Positions 48,701 to 61,300 of a stretch of 64,000 nucleotides of DNA are shown here, one piece after another. Under the pieces are notes generated by a model. That model was not told where the DNA came from. It ran no database searches and saw nothing but the letters and a program-made list of their open reading frames with translations. The stretch covers positions 55,755,776-55,819,775 of the forward strand of contig NC_083418.1 in NCBI RefSeq assembly GCF_020745735.1, read 5' to 3'. The first letter of the stretch is position 1; each line of letters begins with the position of its first letter. The DNA is from Hemiscyllium ocellatum (Eukaryota). The translations under genes and the position numbers were made by a program.

Positions 48701-50269
48701 ATCATTTTAAAAGAGAAATATATTATAATTACGCAGAGGTTCTCTGCGACTGAAGAAGGTCCCAAAACTATTTACACCCCATGATTTTTTTAAAAAATTC
48801 TAGCCACTGGTTTAATGTAGGAAATTTGATACTGGGTTTGCACAATTTCCTAGCATCTGTTTTAGTGAACAGTAAAGAACTACAAATGCTTGAAATCTAA
48901 TGCTGGAATGATCTGTCAGCATCCATGGTGAGAAAGGAAAGTTAACATCCACTTCTTCTCTCTCCACATCTGCTGCCTGACTTGCTGAGTAGTTCCAGCA
49001 TTTGCTGCTTCTAAAACTGTTTGATTTGGTTGTGGGAAATATGTTGACCTGGATATGAGGAAGACTCTCCTGGCATTCTTTGAACAATATCACTTATTTC
49101 TTTTTTTAAATACCCAGCTGCCAGTTTAGATGCATCTTTGGTTTATCTGAACAAAGGGAGCTCTGACAATGAATGATCCTTCAGTGTGGCACTGGGAATG
49201 TCAATCTGATAGTGCGCTCAAAATGCTGCAGTGTAATTCAAAATCACAATCTTCTGACTGGGAGGTGGGCGACTACCCCGTGACGCATGTGTTACTTGAC
49301 CCGCATTAGTCAACCATTGCTTATCAACAGTTTCCCTTCCAGATCTTTAAAGTAACATGAAAACGACAAGTGGAGACAAGTCCTCTTCAGCTGCTACCTT
49401 CATGTTCATGAGGTGCCTGCATTTGCTTGTGATCTAAAATTGAGAGTACCAAAGTTTGGTACCTGCTATCGTCAGGGCGACAAGGAATTATCCAGTCTAA
49501 CCACATCCAAAAATTGTATGGACAAAATCATGCTCAAATAGCACTTTTTTTTTCAGTGTGAAGAGGAGGGAAGTGAAATGACTGTTTTCTGAAAAAGCAA
49601 AAGGTTAAGATGAACAATGAAAATGAATTTTGACAGTCTGGCATCCCCTGCATGTTTGATACCTGCATGTTTTAACAAGGACCTGCAATATTTCCTCATT
49701 GTCATTGGTTTGAAGTTCTGCAGTAATGGAACATATTCAGCAAGCCAACTATCCAGTCTTTGATTATGCTCAATGACAGAAGCTACTCAGAACAAGCACT
49801 GAAGCAGCACATTCTCTGAGATGTGGTATGAATGCTGAGTGCAGCCTGTAGCAAAGACTGTTGGAGGGTCAAATACAGGAGTAACCTGTGGCCTCTACAA
49901 GAGCTGTGAATATCTAACTGACTGCCTTTCTACACATTGGTACATAACATTAACCAGAGAGAATAAGATCCTTTTCGCGTCAAATATCTTGAAGCTTATA
50001 TCCAAAACTAACTATTCATGTGGCTATAATATCACAGACTTATATACATCATCTAGATTCCGTGTTTATTGATAATATTTTACATCACACTGAACTGACT
50101 CACTGCACTGACTCCATTATAATGGAACATCGGCCCATGCCAAAATCTGCACTTTCTCCAATTAAGCTGAGGACTGTTTAAAGATAATTCATCATCAATG
50201 ATGGTTTCTACTAATGAACTAACTGGCCTTTAATATTTTGAGCAGCAGCTTGATGAATATGTCAGCCCC

Positions 50270-50625
50270 TTAAAGAATCCAAGCCCACTCTTCCTAATCA
50301 ACTCACCTTTTCCCATGCAACTACTAATTCTATCCCAAATAATTGCTTCTGAAAGCTTCTACACCAACAAAGTTAAACTGACTGTCATACAATTGCTGGG
50401 CTTATCCATGCAAGGTTTCCAACACAAGGTCGGAATTTTTACAATTCTCCAGTTTTCTGGCATTTCCCCTGAGTCCAGCGAAGATTGAAAGAAAGATTAT
50501 GGCCAGTGTCCCAGCAATTTCTACTCTTACCTCCCTCAAAATCCTGAGATGTACCTCATCCAGTCCTAGCACCTTGTCAACTTTAAGTGCCAACAGACTA
50601 CCCAAGTCTGCTTCTTTCATAAGGT
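50270..50625 (-). mobile_element. CR1 ORF2 fragment
   Basis: LKVDKVLGLDEVHLRILREVRVEIAGTLAIIF. Confidence 0.75.
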
Positions 50626-51045
50626 TGAGCGATTCTAGTGACGTACTTGGTGAACAAATTTCCTCCCCTTTCACTATGTTGCCAGTGAGAGACAATATCA
50701 GATTGGCAGTGCTTGTCCAGATGCATAGTGGCCTTATCAAGTTGGCATAGGTGACATAGATGCTGGCCTTTTGATAGACATCTAGTGAGTGTTGAGTAAA
50801 TCACAGAGTCATAGAATCATATGGTGCAGAAGAAGCCCTTCAGCCTATCAAGTCTGTACCACCAAAGCTACACCAAATCTACACTGGTCCCACCTTCTAG
50901 TACAAGGCCCATAACCTCAAGTGTTTTGACATTTCAAGTGTTCATCAGTACTTCTTAAAGGTTGTGAGCTTACCCACCTCAAGTACACCCCCAGAAAAAA
51001 AGACACATTTTATTAAAGGTTTTTTGCCTTGATCTCATCAGGAAC

Positions 51046-53186
51046 TGTCAAAAGCTGATTGTTGGCAGATGTTTGCAGGTAAAGGGACGGTTGGAAAATG
51101 GGAAGCCATCAGAAATTAGTTAACAAGAATCCAGAAAAAGTATGTTCCTGTCAGGGTGAAGGGAAAGGCTGGTAGGTATAGGGAATGCTGGATGACTAAA
51201 GAAATTGAGGGTTTGGTTAAGAAATAGAAGGAAGCATATGTAAGGTATAGACAGGATAGATCGAGTGAATCCTTAGAAGAGTATAACGGAAGTAAGAGTA
51301 TACTTAAGAGGGAAATCAGGAGGGCAAAAAGGGGACATGAGATAACTTTAGCAAATAGAATTAAGGAGAATCCAAAGGGTTTTTACAAATATATTAAGAA
51401 CAAAAGGGTAACTAAGGAGAGAATAGGGCCCCTCAAAGATCAGCAAGGCGGCCTTTTTGTGGAGCCACAGAAAATGGAGGAGATACTAAATGAATATTTT
51501 GCATCAGTATTTACTGTGGAAAAGGATTTGGAAGATATAGACTGTAGGGAAATAGATGGTGACATCTTGCAAAATGTCCAGATTACAGAGGAGGAAGTGC
51601 TGGATGTCTTGAAATGGGTAAAGGTGGATAAATCCCCAGGACCTGATCAGGTGTACCTGAAAACTCTGTGGGAAGCTAGAAAAGTGATTGCTGGGCCTCT
51701 TGTTGAGATATTTATATCATCGATAGTCACAGGTGAGGTGCCGGAAGACTGGAGGTTGGCAAGGGTGGTAAGGACAAGCCAGGGAACTATAGGTCAGTGA
51801 GCCTGACCTTGGTGATGGGCAAGTTGTTGGAGGGAACCCTGAGAGACAGGATGTACATGTATTTGGAAAAGCAAGGACTGATTAGGGCTGGTCAACATGG
51901 CTTTGTGCATGGGAAATCATGTCTCACAAACTTTATTGAATTTTTTGAAGAAGTAGCAAAGAGGATTGATGAGGGCAGAGCAGTAGATGTGATCTATATG
52001 GACTTCAGTAAGACGTTCGACAAGGTTCCCTATAGGAGACTGGTTAGCAAGGTTAGATCTCATGGAATACAGGGAGAACTAGCCACTTGGACACGGAAAT
52101 GGCTCAAAGGTAGAAGACAGAGGGTGGTGTTGGAGGGTTGTTTTTCAGACTGGAGGCCTGTAACCAGTGGAGTGCCACAAGAATCGGTGCTGGGCCCTCT
52201 ACTTTTTGTCATTTCCATAAATGATTTGGATGCAAGCATAAGAGGTATAGTTAGTAAGTTTGCAGATGACACCAAAATTGGAGGTGTAGTGGACAGTGAA
52301 GAGGGTTACCTCAGATTACAATAGGATCTGGACCAGATGGGCCAAATGGCTGAGAAGTGGCAGATGGAGTTTAATTCAAATAAATACGAGGTGCTGCATT
52401 TTGGGAAAGTAAATCTTAGCAGGACTTATACACTTATTGATAAGGTCTTAGGGAGTGTTGGTGAACAAAGAGATCTTGGAGTGCAGGTTCATACCTCCTT
52501 GAAAGTGGAGTCACAGTTAGATAGGATAGAGAAGAAGGCGTTTGGTGTGCTTTCCTTTATTGGTCACAGTATTGAGTACAGAAGTTGGGAGGTCATGTTG
52601 TGGCTGTACAGGATATTGGTTAGGCCACTGTTGGAATATTGCATGCAGTTCTGGTCTCCTTCTTATCTGAAAGATGTTGTGAAATTTGAAAGGGTTCAGA
52701 AAAGATTTACAAGGATGTTGCCAGGGTTGGAGGATATGAGCTACAGGGAGACGCTGAACAGGCTGGGGCTGTTTTCCCTGGAGCGTCGGAGGCTGAGGGG
52801 TGACCTTATAGAGGTTGACAAAATTATGAGAGGCATGGATAGGGTAAATAAGCAAAGTCTTTTCCCTAGGGTCAGGAAGTTCAAACTAGAGGGCATAGGT
52901 TTAGGGTGAGATGGGAAAGATATAAAAGTGACCTAAAGGGCAACTTTTTCACACAGAGGGTGATACAGGTATGGAATGAGCTGCCAGAGGAAGTGGTGGA
53001 GGCTGGCACAATTGCAACATTTCAGAGGCATTTGGATGGGTATATGAATAGGAAGGGTTTGGAGGGATATGGGCCGGGTGCTGGCAGGTGGGACTAGATT
53101 GGGTTGGGATACCTGGTCGGTATGGACAGGTTGGACCGAAGGGTCTGTTTCCATGCTGTACATCTCTAGACTCTATGACTCTATGA
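51046..53186 (+). mobile_element. CR1 LINE, 5'-truncated and relatively young (RT and 3' UTR)
   Basis: KSPGPD, VPEDWR, QHGF..GKSCLTN, DFSKTFDKVP, GVPQ..LGPLLF, KFADDTK, LEYCMQFWSP; tail (CTCTATGA)n at about 53164-53186. Confidence 0.95.
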
Positions 53187-55239
53187 CCCTGCACAAAAAT
53201 ACAAATTCAAGGGGAAACCCGGCATCTATATTGCATAGAGGTAAGAGCCAATTACTTAGCAAGTGGATTCTGATTGGAAAGGGATGGACATGCAGAATAC
53301 AGACATTAATGCTGACTGACAGGTTAAAGCTGGACTTTGCTCAATGTTAAACCAAGTGGGTTGACTCTGATCTGTCAATTGCATTATCCTAAAAATTGAC
53401 CCAGTTAGTGTCTGTTCTCCATTTTGTTGAGGTAAAATATGTGTAATGTGTGTAAATATTCCTTTCTGTTCAAAGAATATGGCCCTGTGTCTAAATGTGT
53501 GTAACTTTCTGAGCAGAAGTGCGCCTCGCTATGGGCCTGATTGACAATTCTAATTTGGTTGTTAACCTAATTGTTTCCACCTTCATGATCTCCCAGCAAA
53601 ATTGTGGAGTCATATTTAATGTTAACCACTATGTTATAAATTTTGCAAGTGAGGCCAGCTAAGTACAGTCAGTAATTTGCTTGTTGCAAGCATCTCAATT
53701 GGGCATGCTGTTTGATATGATTCTCCAGCCTTTTGGACCTATGTTCCACATAGCTGGCATCAAGCTGGCACTAAAATTCACATACCACATTATTAATTTG
53801 CGTAAGAGGCAAAATATCTTTTGGCTTGATAGCACTATCCTGTTCGTGGCAATTTTCACTTGTGGCTAGCTTCACCTGGTGCTTAGAAGTTTGAGATGCC
53901 CTACCCTCCCACAGTAATCTGGGGTAGACTGACACTTTTCAGGACTAAGAGTCGCTACCTGAGGACACTTCATGAGTTTGCACAATTTACAATGAGGAAT
54001 AACCTGATAATGATAGCCATTAGATTGATTTGATTCCAATATATATACATCAAGTTTGAATGATAAACAAATGACTTGCACCTTATTTACAAGATTTATA
54101 CTAAGCCCAATTTTACAGCAGATTGAACTGCAGGAATTCCAATTTGTATACTGACCAGTGAAACCAGATTTGCAGTAGACTGTAATGCAGAACTCCCAGG
54201 CTAATTTCTCAACAAGGACACAAAATAAAGAGAGCTCATTTGAACCCTCGATTTCAATTGTGAATTTGAGCCCAGGGTTAAATCCATTAAGATATGCAAA
54301 GAAATTATTACATGTCGCTGTGGATTCAAAGATAGCAAATCTACAATCCTCATATCAGAAATATACAAGCAGGTAGAAGGTTAGATGTCATTCCAACAGA
54401 CATAATACGCATGAAATCCACCAAAGATCGAGGTTATTCGGGATCTCATGGCAACATATCTAGTTGGATGTACAGTTGAGGGAGTTGCTGAGTTCTTAAG
54501 TTCAATGAATACTGATTAATTACAGTGGTAGTGAATCTAGATTGCCTTGATATAGTGCTATGACTTCCTTGAATTAGCGAATAGGCTTTCAAAGTCAAAC
54601 AAATATTTGGGCACTTTATTGCTATTGATATGCAAAACTTTTGCAGTCTTCAAAACTGTAAAGCAATCCTTCAACATTTAAGTGGAGAGCTTTCTCCAAA
54701 TCCACTGTAGTCATTTGACCAATTCATGTCATGTCGTGGCTAAGAAGAGGCATAAAGGCACTTTTTTTTTGTATGTCTTTGTCAGCTCCTAAATAAGTGG
54801 ACACAGGAAACTATGAGGACAAATCCTGTCATATATATCATGTCACAGCTCATTCATCTTACACAAGTCCAGCAAAAGTCTTTACTTTTGAATAAGATTG
54901 TCTGGTCATACTGAGTGGTAGATCTATTGTATACAAACTTGGATACGCCAGTAAGAATTGTGTGCGTTTCATTTACACAGCCATGTTTATTCAGGATGAT
55001 TATTCAAGTTCCATGAATGGATTAACTGATATGTATGTCCAGATTTCCCTTGAGACCTCATAACACGACCACACATTAACATCACATTTGGAAAGTGGAC
55101 AAGTCATTTGGAATCTGATAATATGCATTGCTGGGTAAACCAAGTGTGCCTTCAAGAATTCTCTGTCTTTATGGCCACTGGTTGTAGCTGGATAGCTGGG
55201 AAAGGGGAAATGCAAATTCAGCAAATTTGACATGGGATT

Positions 55240-55510
55240 AGCCAATTGATACTAGCCAATCAAAATCAACTCAAGTGGTTTAAAATTGAACAAAGTCTGG
55301 CTGTTAACAGTCAACCAGCATTAATATGTGCATTCTCCATGACAACGACACTGCTGGAGTCCACTTGCCAACTAATCAAAAGCTTTCCTCTCATGCAGTA
55401 CAAATGTTGACTTTCCCCTTGAACTGGTATTTTTGTACAATGTTCTGATTAGCAAAATTTTGACAAACTGTATGTTTTTTTCAGCAACACTTTGGTTCTG
55501 TACAGCCAAG
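55240..55510 (+). mobile_element. Unclassified interspersed repeat; an antisense copy at 50995-51045 plus 53187-53390 is split by the CR1
   Basis: Reverse-complement similarity: tttccccttgaa, tccacttgc, cagcattaat, tttttttcag. Confidence 0.55.
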
Positions 55511-56429
55511 GGTCTATTTGGTGTGGTTTGAACTGCACCATTCCACATCAAGCATGTGACAGGACAAGATGAGGACCAGGCCTCCACACAGTATAAAGAG
55601 TAATATTGGAATTTAACTCATATTATAGGAATTACTCTAGTCCAACAGCTAGCCATGTTGCTAACTAAGCTAAATGACACCCAAGTATTTGTAACATTTT
55701 CTGGGCAAACACTTTTCTCTTGCATTCTCAGTTGCTTATTAGTGACTATGACACATTTACGAATGTACAACCATCATTTTACAAAATAACTTCGCATTTC
55801 TCATCAACCAGTTTGTTAAATGTATCAACGTCAAGTTTCTGATCAGAATGTTGAAGCAATGCTGAAGAGCAATGGAACCAGTCAAAACTTCTCAGAATAT
55901 ATTTAATCAAAGCAAGTAATAATGGAAGCAGGAAAGCAGCCTCTTAGCATAAAATGAATTCTCAAATAAATCCTATGCTCGAGGTTTTCTGAGACATTAA
56001 ATCACAAGCTTGTTGATAACCAGACTGTTTTGTTTCTCTAGATATTTGTCAAGTCCATTAATTAGTTTCACATTCCATCAGCTATGCTCAGCAGGATCAT
56101 GTAAAAACATGCTTAAAAAGAAAACACAAGACTTTCTTTCAAAAAAAACAGCTTTACACAAGATCAAGGTCTCAAAACAAGATCATTAATGTTGTAACTC
56201 GGGAAAGACAGCAATTAATTTGTACATAACAAAGTCATACTAACAGCACTACTGATAAATGACCAGAAGATCTCTTTCAGTGGAGTTTTTTTACATGATA
56301 AATATTGATCAGGTCATTAGAGAAAGCTTAATTTCACAAATCTGAAACAGAGCCATTCAATCTTTTGCATTTCCCTAAATGAGAAAAAAGGCCTCATTTT
56401 AACATCTTATCTAAAAAGGAGAATGGAGT

Positions 56430-56995
56430 AATCGAGATATACAGCACCGAAATAGACCATTTGGCTCAATCTATCTCAAACAGATATCCTAAGTAAATCT
56501 AGTCTCATTTGCCAATATATTCCTCTAAACCCTTCCTATTCATGTACTAATCCAGATCCCTTTTAAATGTTGTAATTTAACCAGCTGCCACCATTTCCGC
56601 TGGCAACTTATTCCACTCTCTGTATGAAAATATTGCTCCTTGGGTCCCTTTTAAATCTTTTTCCTCTCACCTTAAATCTATATGCTCTAGTTTCCCTACC
56701 CCAGGGAAAAGACTTTGTCCATTTACCCTATCTATGCCCTTCATGATTTTATAAACCGCTATCAGGTCACCCCTCAGCCTGGGGGAAAACAGCCCCAGCC
56801 TACTCAGCCTCTCCCTATAGCTCAAACCCTTCAACCCTGGCAACATTCTTGTAAATCTTTTCTGAACCCTTTCAGGTTTCACAATATCCTTCCTATAGCA
56901 GGGAGATTGGAATTGCACACAATATTCCAATAGTGGCCAAACCAAAGTCCTGTATAGCTGCAACATGACCTCCTAACTCCTATACTCAATGCATT
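56430..56995 (-). mobile_element. CR1 3' fragment
   Basis: MLQLYRTLVWPLLEYCVQF..ERVQKRFTRMLPGL. Confidence 0.88.
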
Positions 56996-57209
56996 GTGAT
57001 AGCAACTATGAGAGTGCAGCAGTCATCAGTACTGAACTCTGAGCAGCAGCCTAGACTTTAATCCTCAAAAATCAAGAAGGAAAAAGTACATACAACCTTC
57101 TGAATCAGAGCAAAGAATGCTATCTCATAGGCCACTGTTAATATACAAGTAGTAAACAGGAAAATGGTAAAGTTAATTGTCTGAATATTATTTAGATTCA
57201 TGAAGGTTT

Positions 57210-58625
57210 ACCTCGTAGAAACAGGCCATTTGGCCCACCATGTCAATGAAAACCAACAAAGACCAAACTCATTTTAATCCTATTTACCCACACTTGGTCC
57301 ATAGCCAAATATGCCCTGACATTTTAAGTACTTAGCCAGCTGCTTCTTAAATGTGGCAAGAGAATCTGGCTCCTGAGCAGCGTGTTCCATATTTCTACCA
57401 CTCTCTGGGTGAAAACATTTTTCTTCAGATCCCCCTAAACAACTTACTCCTCACTTTAAACTTGTGTTCTTCTCCCCTCTAATGTATCTACCACAGGGAA
57501 CAGATTCTCTTGAGCCATTTTGTGTATGCCTCTCATAATTTTGGAAACCTCAATCAGATTCCCCTCTGCTCTAAAAGAAACAAACCAAGCCTGCCCAGAG
57601 CCTCTTCATAACTGAAACTTGTCAACCCAGGCCAGATCCTAGTGAATCTCCTCTGCACCCTCTCCAGTGCAATCACATCCCTCCAATAGCATGGCAACCA
57701 TCTGTGGCCTAACCAATATTTAATAAAATTGTAACAACGCTTTCTTGCTCCTATACTCTCTGCCCCAGTTAATGCAGGCAACCAATCTGCATGCCTTCAT
57801 CAACATTATGTCTACTTCTGCTGACATATTCAGGGATCTATGACTTGTACACGAAGGTCCCTTTGTTGCTCAGCAATCCTGAGGGACTTACCATTCATTG
57901 TGTATATCCTTCCCTTATTAGATCACCCAAAATACAGCACCTCTCACGTGCCATGATTAAATTCTATCTGCCACTGCTCTTCCCAATTTACCAGCTGATC
58001 AATGCCAGACTAGCCTGAGACCATCCTCCTCACTATCGGCAACATGACCAATTTTCGTGTCATCTGCAAGCTTACTAATTATATCATCTACGTTCACATC
58101 CAAGTCATTAATGTACATAATGAACAGTAAGAGTCACAACCCATCCCTGTGGTACACCACTGGCACAGGCTTCCAATCACAAAAATAGCCCTTTACTTTG
58201 CCTTGGATCGTGTGAACTCTTACCTTTTGGACCAGCATTCCGTGTGGGACATTCGGGCAAACTGAAGACCATGTAAACTACATCAACTGCACTAACCTCT
58301 CAATATATTGAGTCATCTTTATCAAAAAACTCAACTAAATTATGATTTGGAGGTACCGGTGTAGGACTGGGGTATACAAAGTTAAAAATCATACAACACC
58401 AGGTTATAGTCCAAAGGGTTTAATTGGAAGCACCAGCTTTCGGAGCGCTGCTACAACCACCTGATGAAGGAGCAATGCTCCAAAAGGTAGTGCTTCAAAT
58501 AAACCTGTTGGACTATAGCCTGGTGTTGTGTGATTTTTAACTTTGTGCATCAATTAAATTAGTCAGAGAAGACCTCCCTCTAATAAATCCATGCTGGCTA
58601 TCCCTGATCAATCCCTGCCTTCTTA
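57210..58625 (-). mobile_element. Decayed CR1 RT to 3' end, interrupted by a PLE derivative
   Basis: LERVQRRFTRIWPGL; antisense gcagatgacacgaaaattgg (ADDTKI) and gtggtgtaccacaggga (GVPQG). Confidence 0.82.
58343..58549. mobile_element. Fold-back PLE derivative (family B)
   Basis: 12-bp TSD TCAA(C/T)TAAATTA (58331-58342 and 58550-58561). Inverted arms. Hammerhead at 58458-58492(+), and an antisense partial copy retaining GCTCC-GAAAGCT at 58435-58452. Confidence 0.85.
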
Positions 58626-60199
58626 AGCAAAATGCTGCAAGATTTTGAGAGCTGAATTTAAATCAAAAATGCAGGAATTAATTAGGAAACCAGACATTTA
58701 TAGTGAGAAACAACAGAATTAATATTACAGAGCAATGGCATTTCCACAGAACTGTAGAAAGACAGAAGCATGGGAGTTTATGAAGTTAAAAGGAAGAAAG
58801 TGAGGAGGAAGAACAAGAGAAGATAAATGACAAAATATTTCATATAAAAAAGGCAAAGGAATAGTAAAACATGTAATAAAGAAACACAAAACAGAATAAT
58901 TCACAAGTCTGGCAGCATCTGCGGAGAGAAAACAGAGTTAACGGTAACTTAGAATGGGAAATAACTGCTCACCTAGACAGTGACATGCAAGTTCCATGAA
59001 CAAATATAAAAAAATTGTACATACAGATATGGCCCATTCAGTTCAGCTTATCTATGTCGGTAGTCAAATGCTACATGAATCTCCTCCCATTATATTTCAT
59101 CTAATCATATCGACCTATACTTTCTCCCTCATATATTTATATAACTTGCCTTATAAGCATTTATCCCAATAACTCCCTATGGTTAGAATTTCCACATTTT
59201 CAGCACTTTCTGGATAAAGTTGCTTCTCTTGAATTCCCTCCTGAGTTTATTATTTGCTACATTATATTAATAATCTTCATTTGGGATTCATCACAAGTTG
59301 GGAATCATAGCTAAAAGACTGACACCATAGGATAAAGTAGAGGAACAATTGCTTTCATTTGTTTAATGGAGTAATAGTAAAACTACTGATGTGGAATAAG
59401 TCGGCCTTAAATAGTGAGCACCCTTCACATACTTTTAATTAGTACGTAATGGTGTACTTAGCTGTTTGTTAATAATCTCAATACTATTGTTAGCCATTGC
59501 AAAACCCTTATTTTGCAGTGCGGACTAGTAGGAGTCTTATCAGTGGTAGTGTCCCTACTCTAGGCTATAAAATTCAAATTCAAGTCCCATTTCTGAGCAG
59601 GTCAATCAAAATAAGTACAGCCATACATCTCCTGGAACAATCTCTACCTACAATCAGCAACACTCAGCCCTGAAATTCTGAAGGTCTTTAACTCTTGTAT
59701 CAGAAGGAATAGTACCAAAGAAGGTACAGGAACATGTCAAGATCTCAACTTATACACTCTTCACTTACCTTTGATTGTAATGCCCCAAATTGGATGGGAG
59801 ACATCATTCTCAAACATCATTTGAACACATACATTTTCTTCCAAATACTAATGCATTTCTTCTAAAAAGCAAATTTCTAATTCTTTACTTGGGCTTCTGA
59901 ATCTAAGATTCTGAGCATCACATTGTAGAAAGAGAATAATTTTTTAAAGAATATACAGATTTATAAAAATTATTCCAGGGATAGGATTTATGTGGATTGA
60001 CTAGAGAAAATAAAGGTTCTTAACCAAAAAACAAGGAGGCTACGGTATTTCTTTTAGATAGGGTAGTTTAATACCATGAAGGACTTACAGCAGATTAAGA
60101 TATTAAGTTTCCAGTGGTTGAAGGGTTGAAAACTTTTGGGCACAAATATATGAGGATTGGCAAAGGAGACAACATGTTGTTTTTGACAATACGTGATTC

Positions 60200-60580
60200 A
60201 AACTCAGATGCACAAACATTTGACTGAAGCTGAGCATAGATACAATGCAGTCCATTCTTCTACCAGAGCCATGATGATGCAGACAATAGGCCTCCTGAAG
60301 ATGAGGTTCCACTGCTTAGCCCAGTCTGGTGGGGTCTTGCAGTATACTCCTGGCACAGTGAGCCACATAATCCTAGCATTCTGCACTCTGCTACAAATGA
60401 AGTAGGCAAAGAGCAGTGTGATCATCTCGGAAAAGCTAAGAGAGGAGAGCAGTCTTCTAAGGAGGGAGATGAGGACATTGAGCAGGAGGAACATCACTTC
60501 TACATGGTAGATCACTGCATTGCCAGGTACAAGGAAAGAAGTAAGACAGGATTTAATTGACACCAAGTTCCAATAAGCAT
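60200..60580 (+). pseudogene. Harbinger (HARBI1-like DDE) transposase C-terminal relic
   Basis: EAEHRYNAVHSSTR...TIGLLKMRFHCLAQSGGVLQYTP..VSHIILAFCTL, followed by an acidic tail and a gtaagacaggatttaatt (R..LI) ending. Confidence 0.8.
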
Positions 60581-61300
60581 AAGTTGGCTGTAGTGCTCAC
60601 TCACTTTTCATAAATTCGGTGTTGCTCTAAAGAGAAGTCTGTTCCCAAAGGCAAGTGTTTGTTTACTCTTCCTTTTCACAGTTGATGAATAGAAGTGATC
60701 TGATGGTCCCACATTGAACAATGACAAGACTCGAGCCTAAACGAGGATTTGAGGAAAGAGTGGTACCCCCTTGGACAGGATTCTAAGATGGGGTGATGCT
60801 AAGGCAGGGTAACCTCTTGGGTTTATTCCTTAAATAGCAAGCCATTTACACATCTGCATTTGTATTTATAACAAATGTTCAGTTGTATCCCCTACATGTC
60901 CTAAGAAGCATTTCTTTTTGGTTTCCCTCCCACTATGTGCAGAGTGAAGGGATTCTCCTGACTGAAAATGGTTGCCCTTGTGCTTTAAACATGGCATCAG
61001 TGCCAGAAACCGAGGGAGGTCACAACACTGGCAAGTACTTCCACCTACGGTGAGAGGGAGGATGTGACAGCGGGTCACCATAGCGAAATGGCACATGGGT
61101 AATGAGGTGAGAGTAGCAAGGTAGTATGAGAAATCTCACAGAAGCTCAGGGAGAGAAACCTTCCAGGGAACTCAATGTAAATGGCAGCAAATTTCTGGTC
61201 AAATTGAGCCAAAAATGCATGATGTTTACAATTGAATAAGGACCTCTAACTTGGAAAGTGTGGGGGTGGGGGTTGGGTTAGGGGTGACGTTGAGGAAATA

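Noticed and set aside
3162-58561. Target-site preference of PLE insertions for other LINEs
   Set aside because: The TSD sequences share no consensus, and LINE relics occupy much of the window, so nesting is expected by chance.
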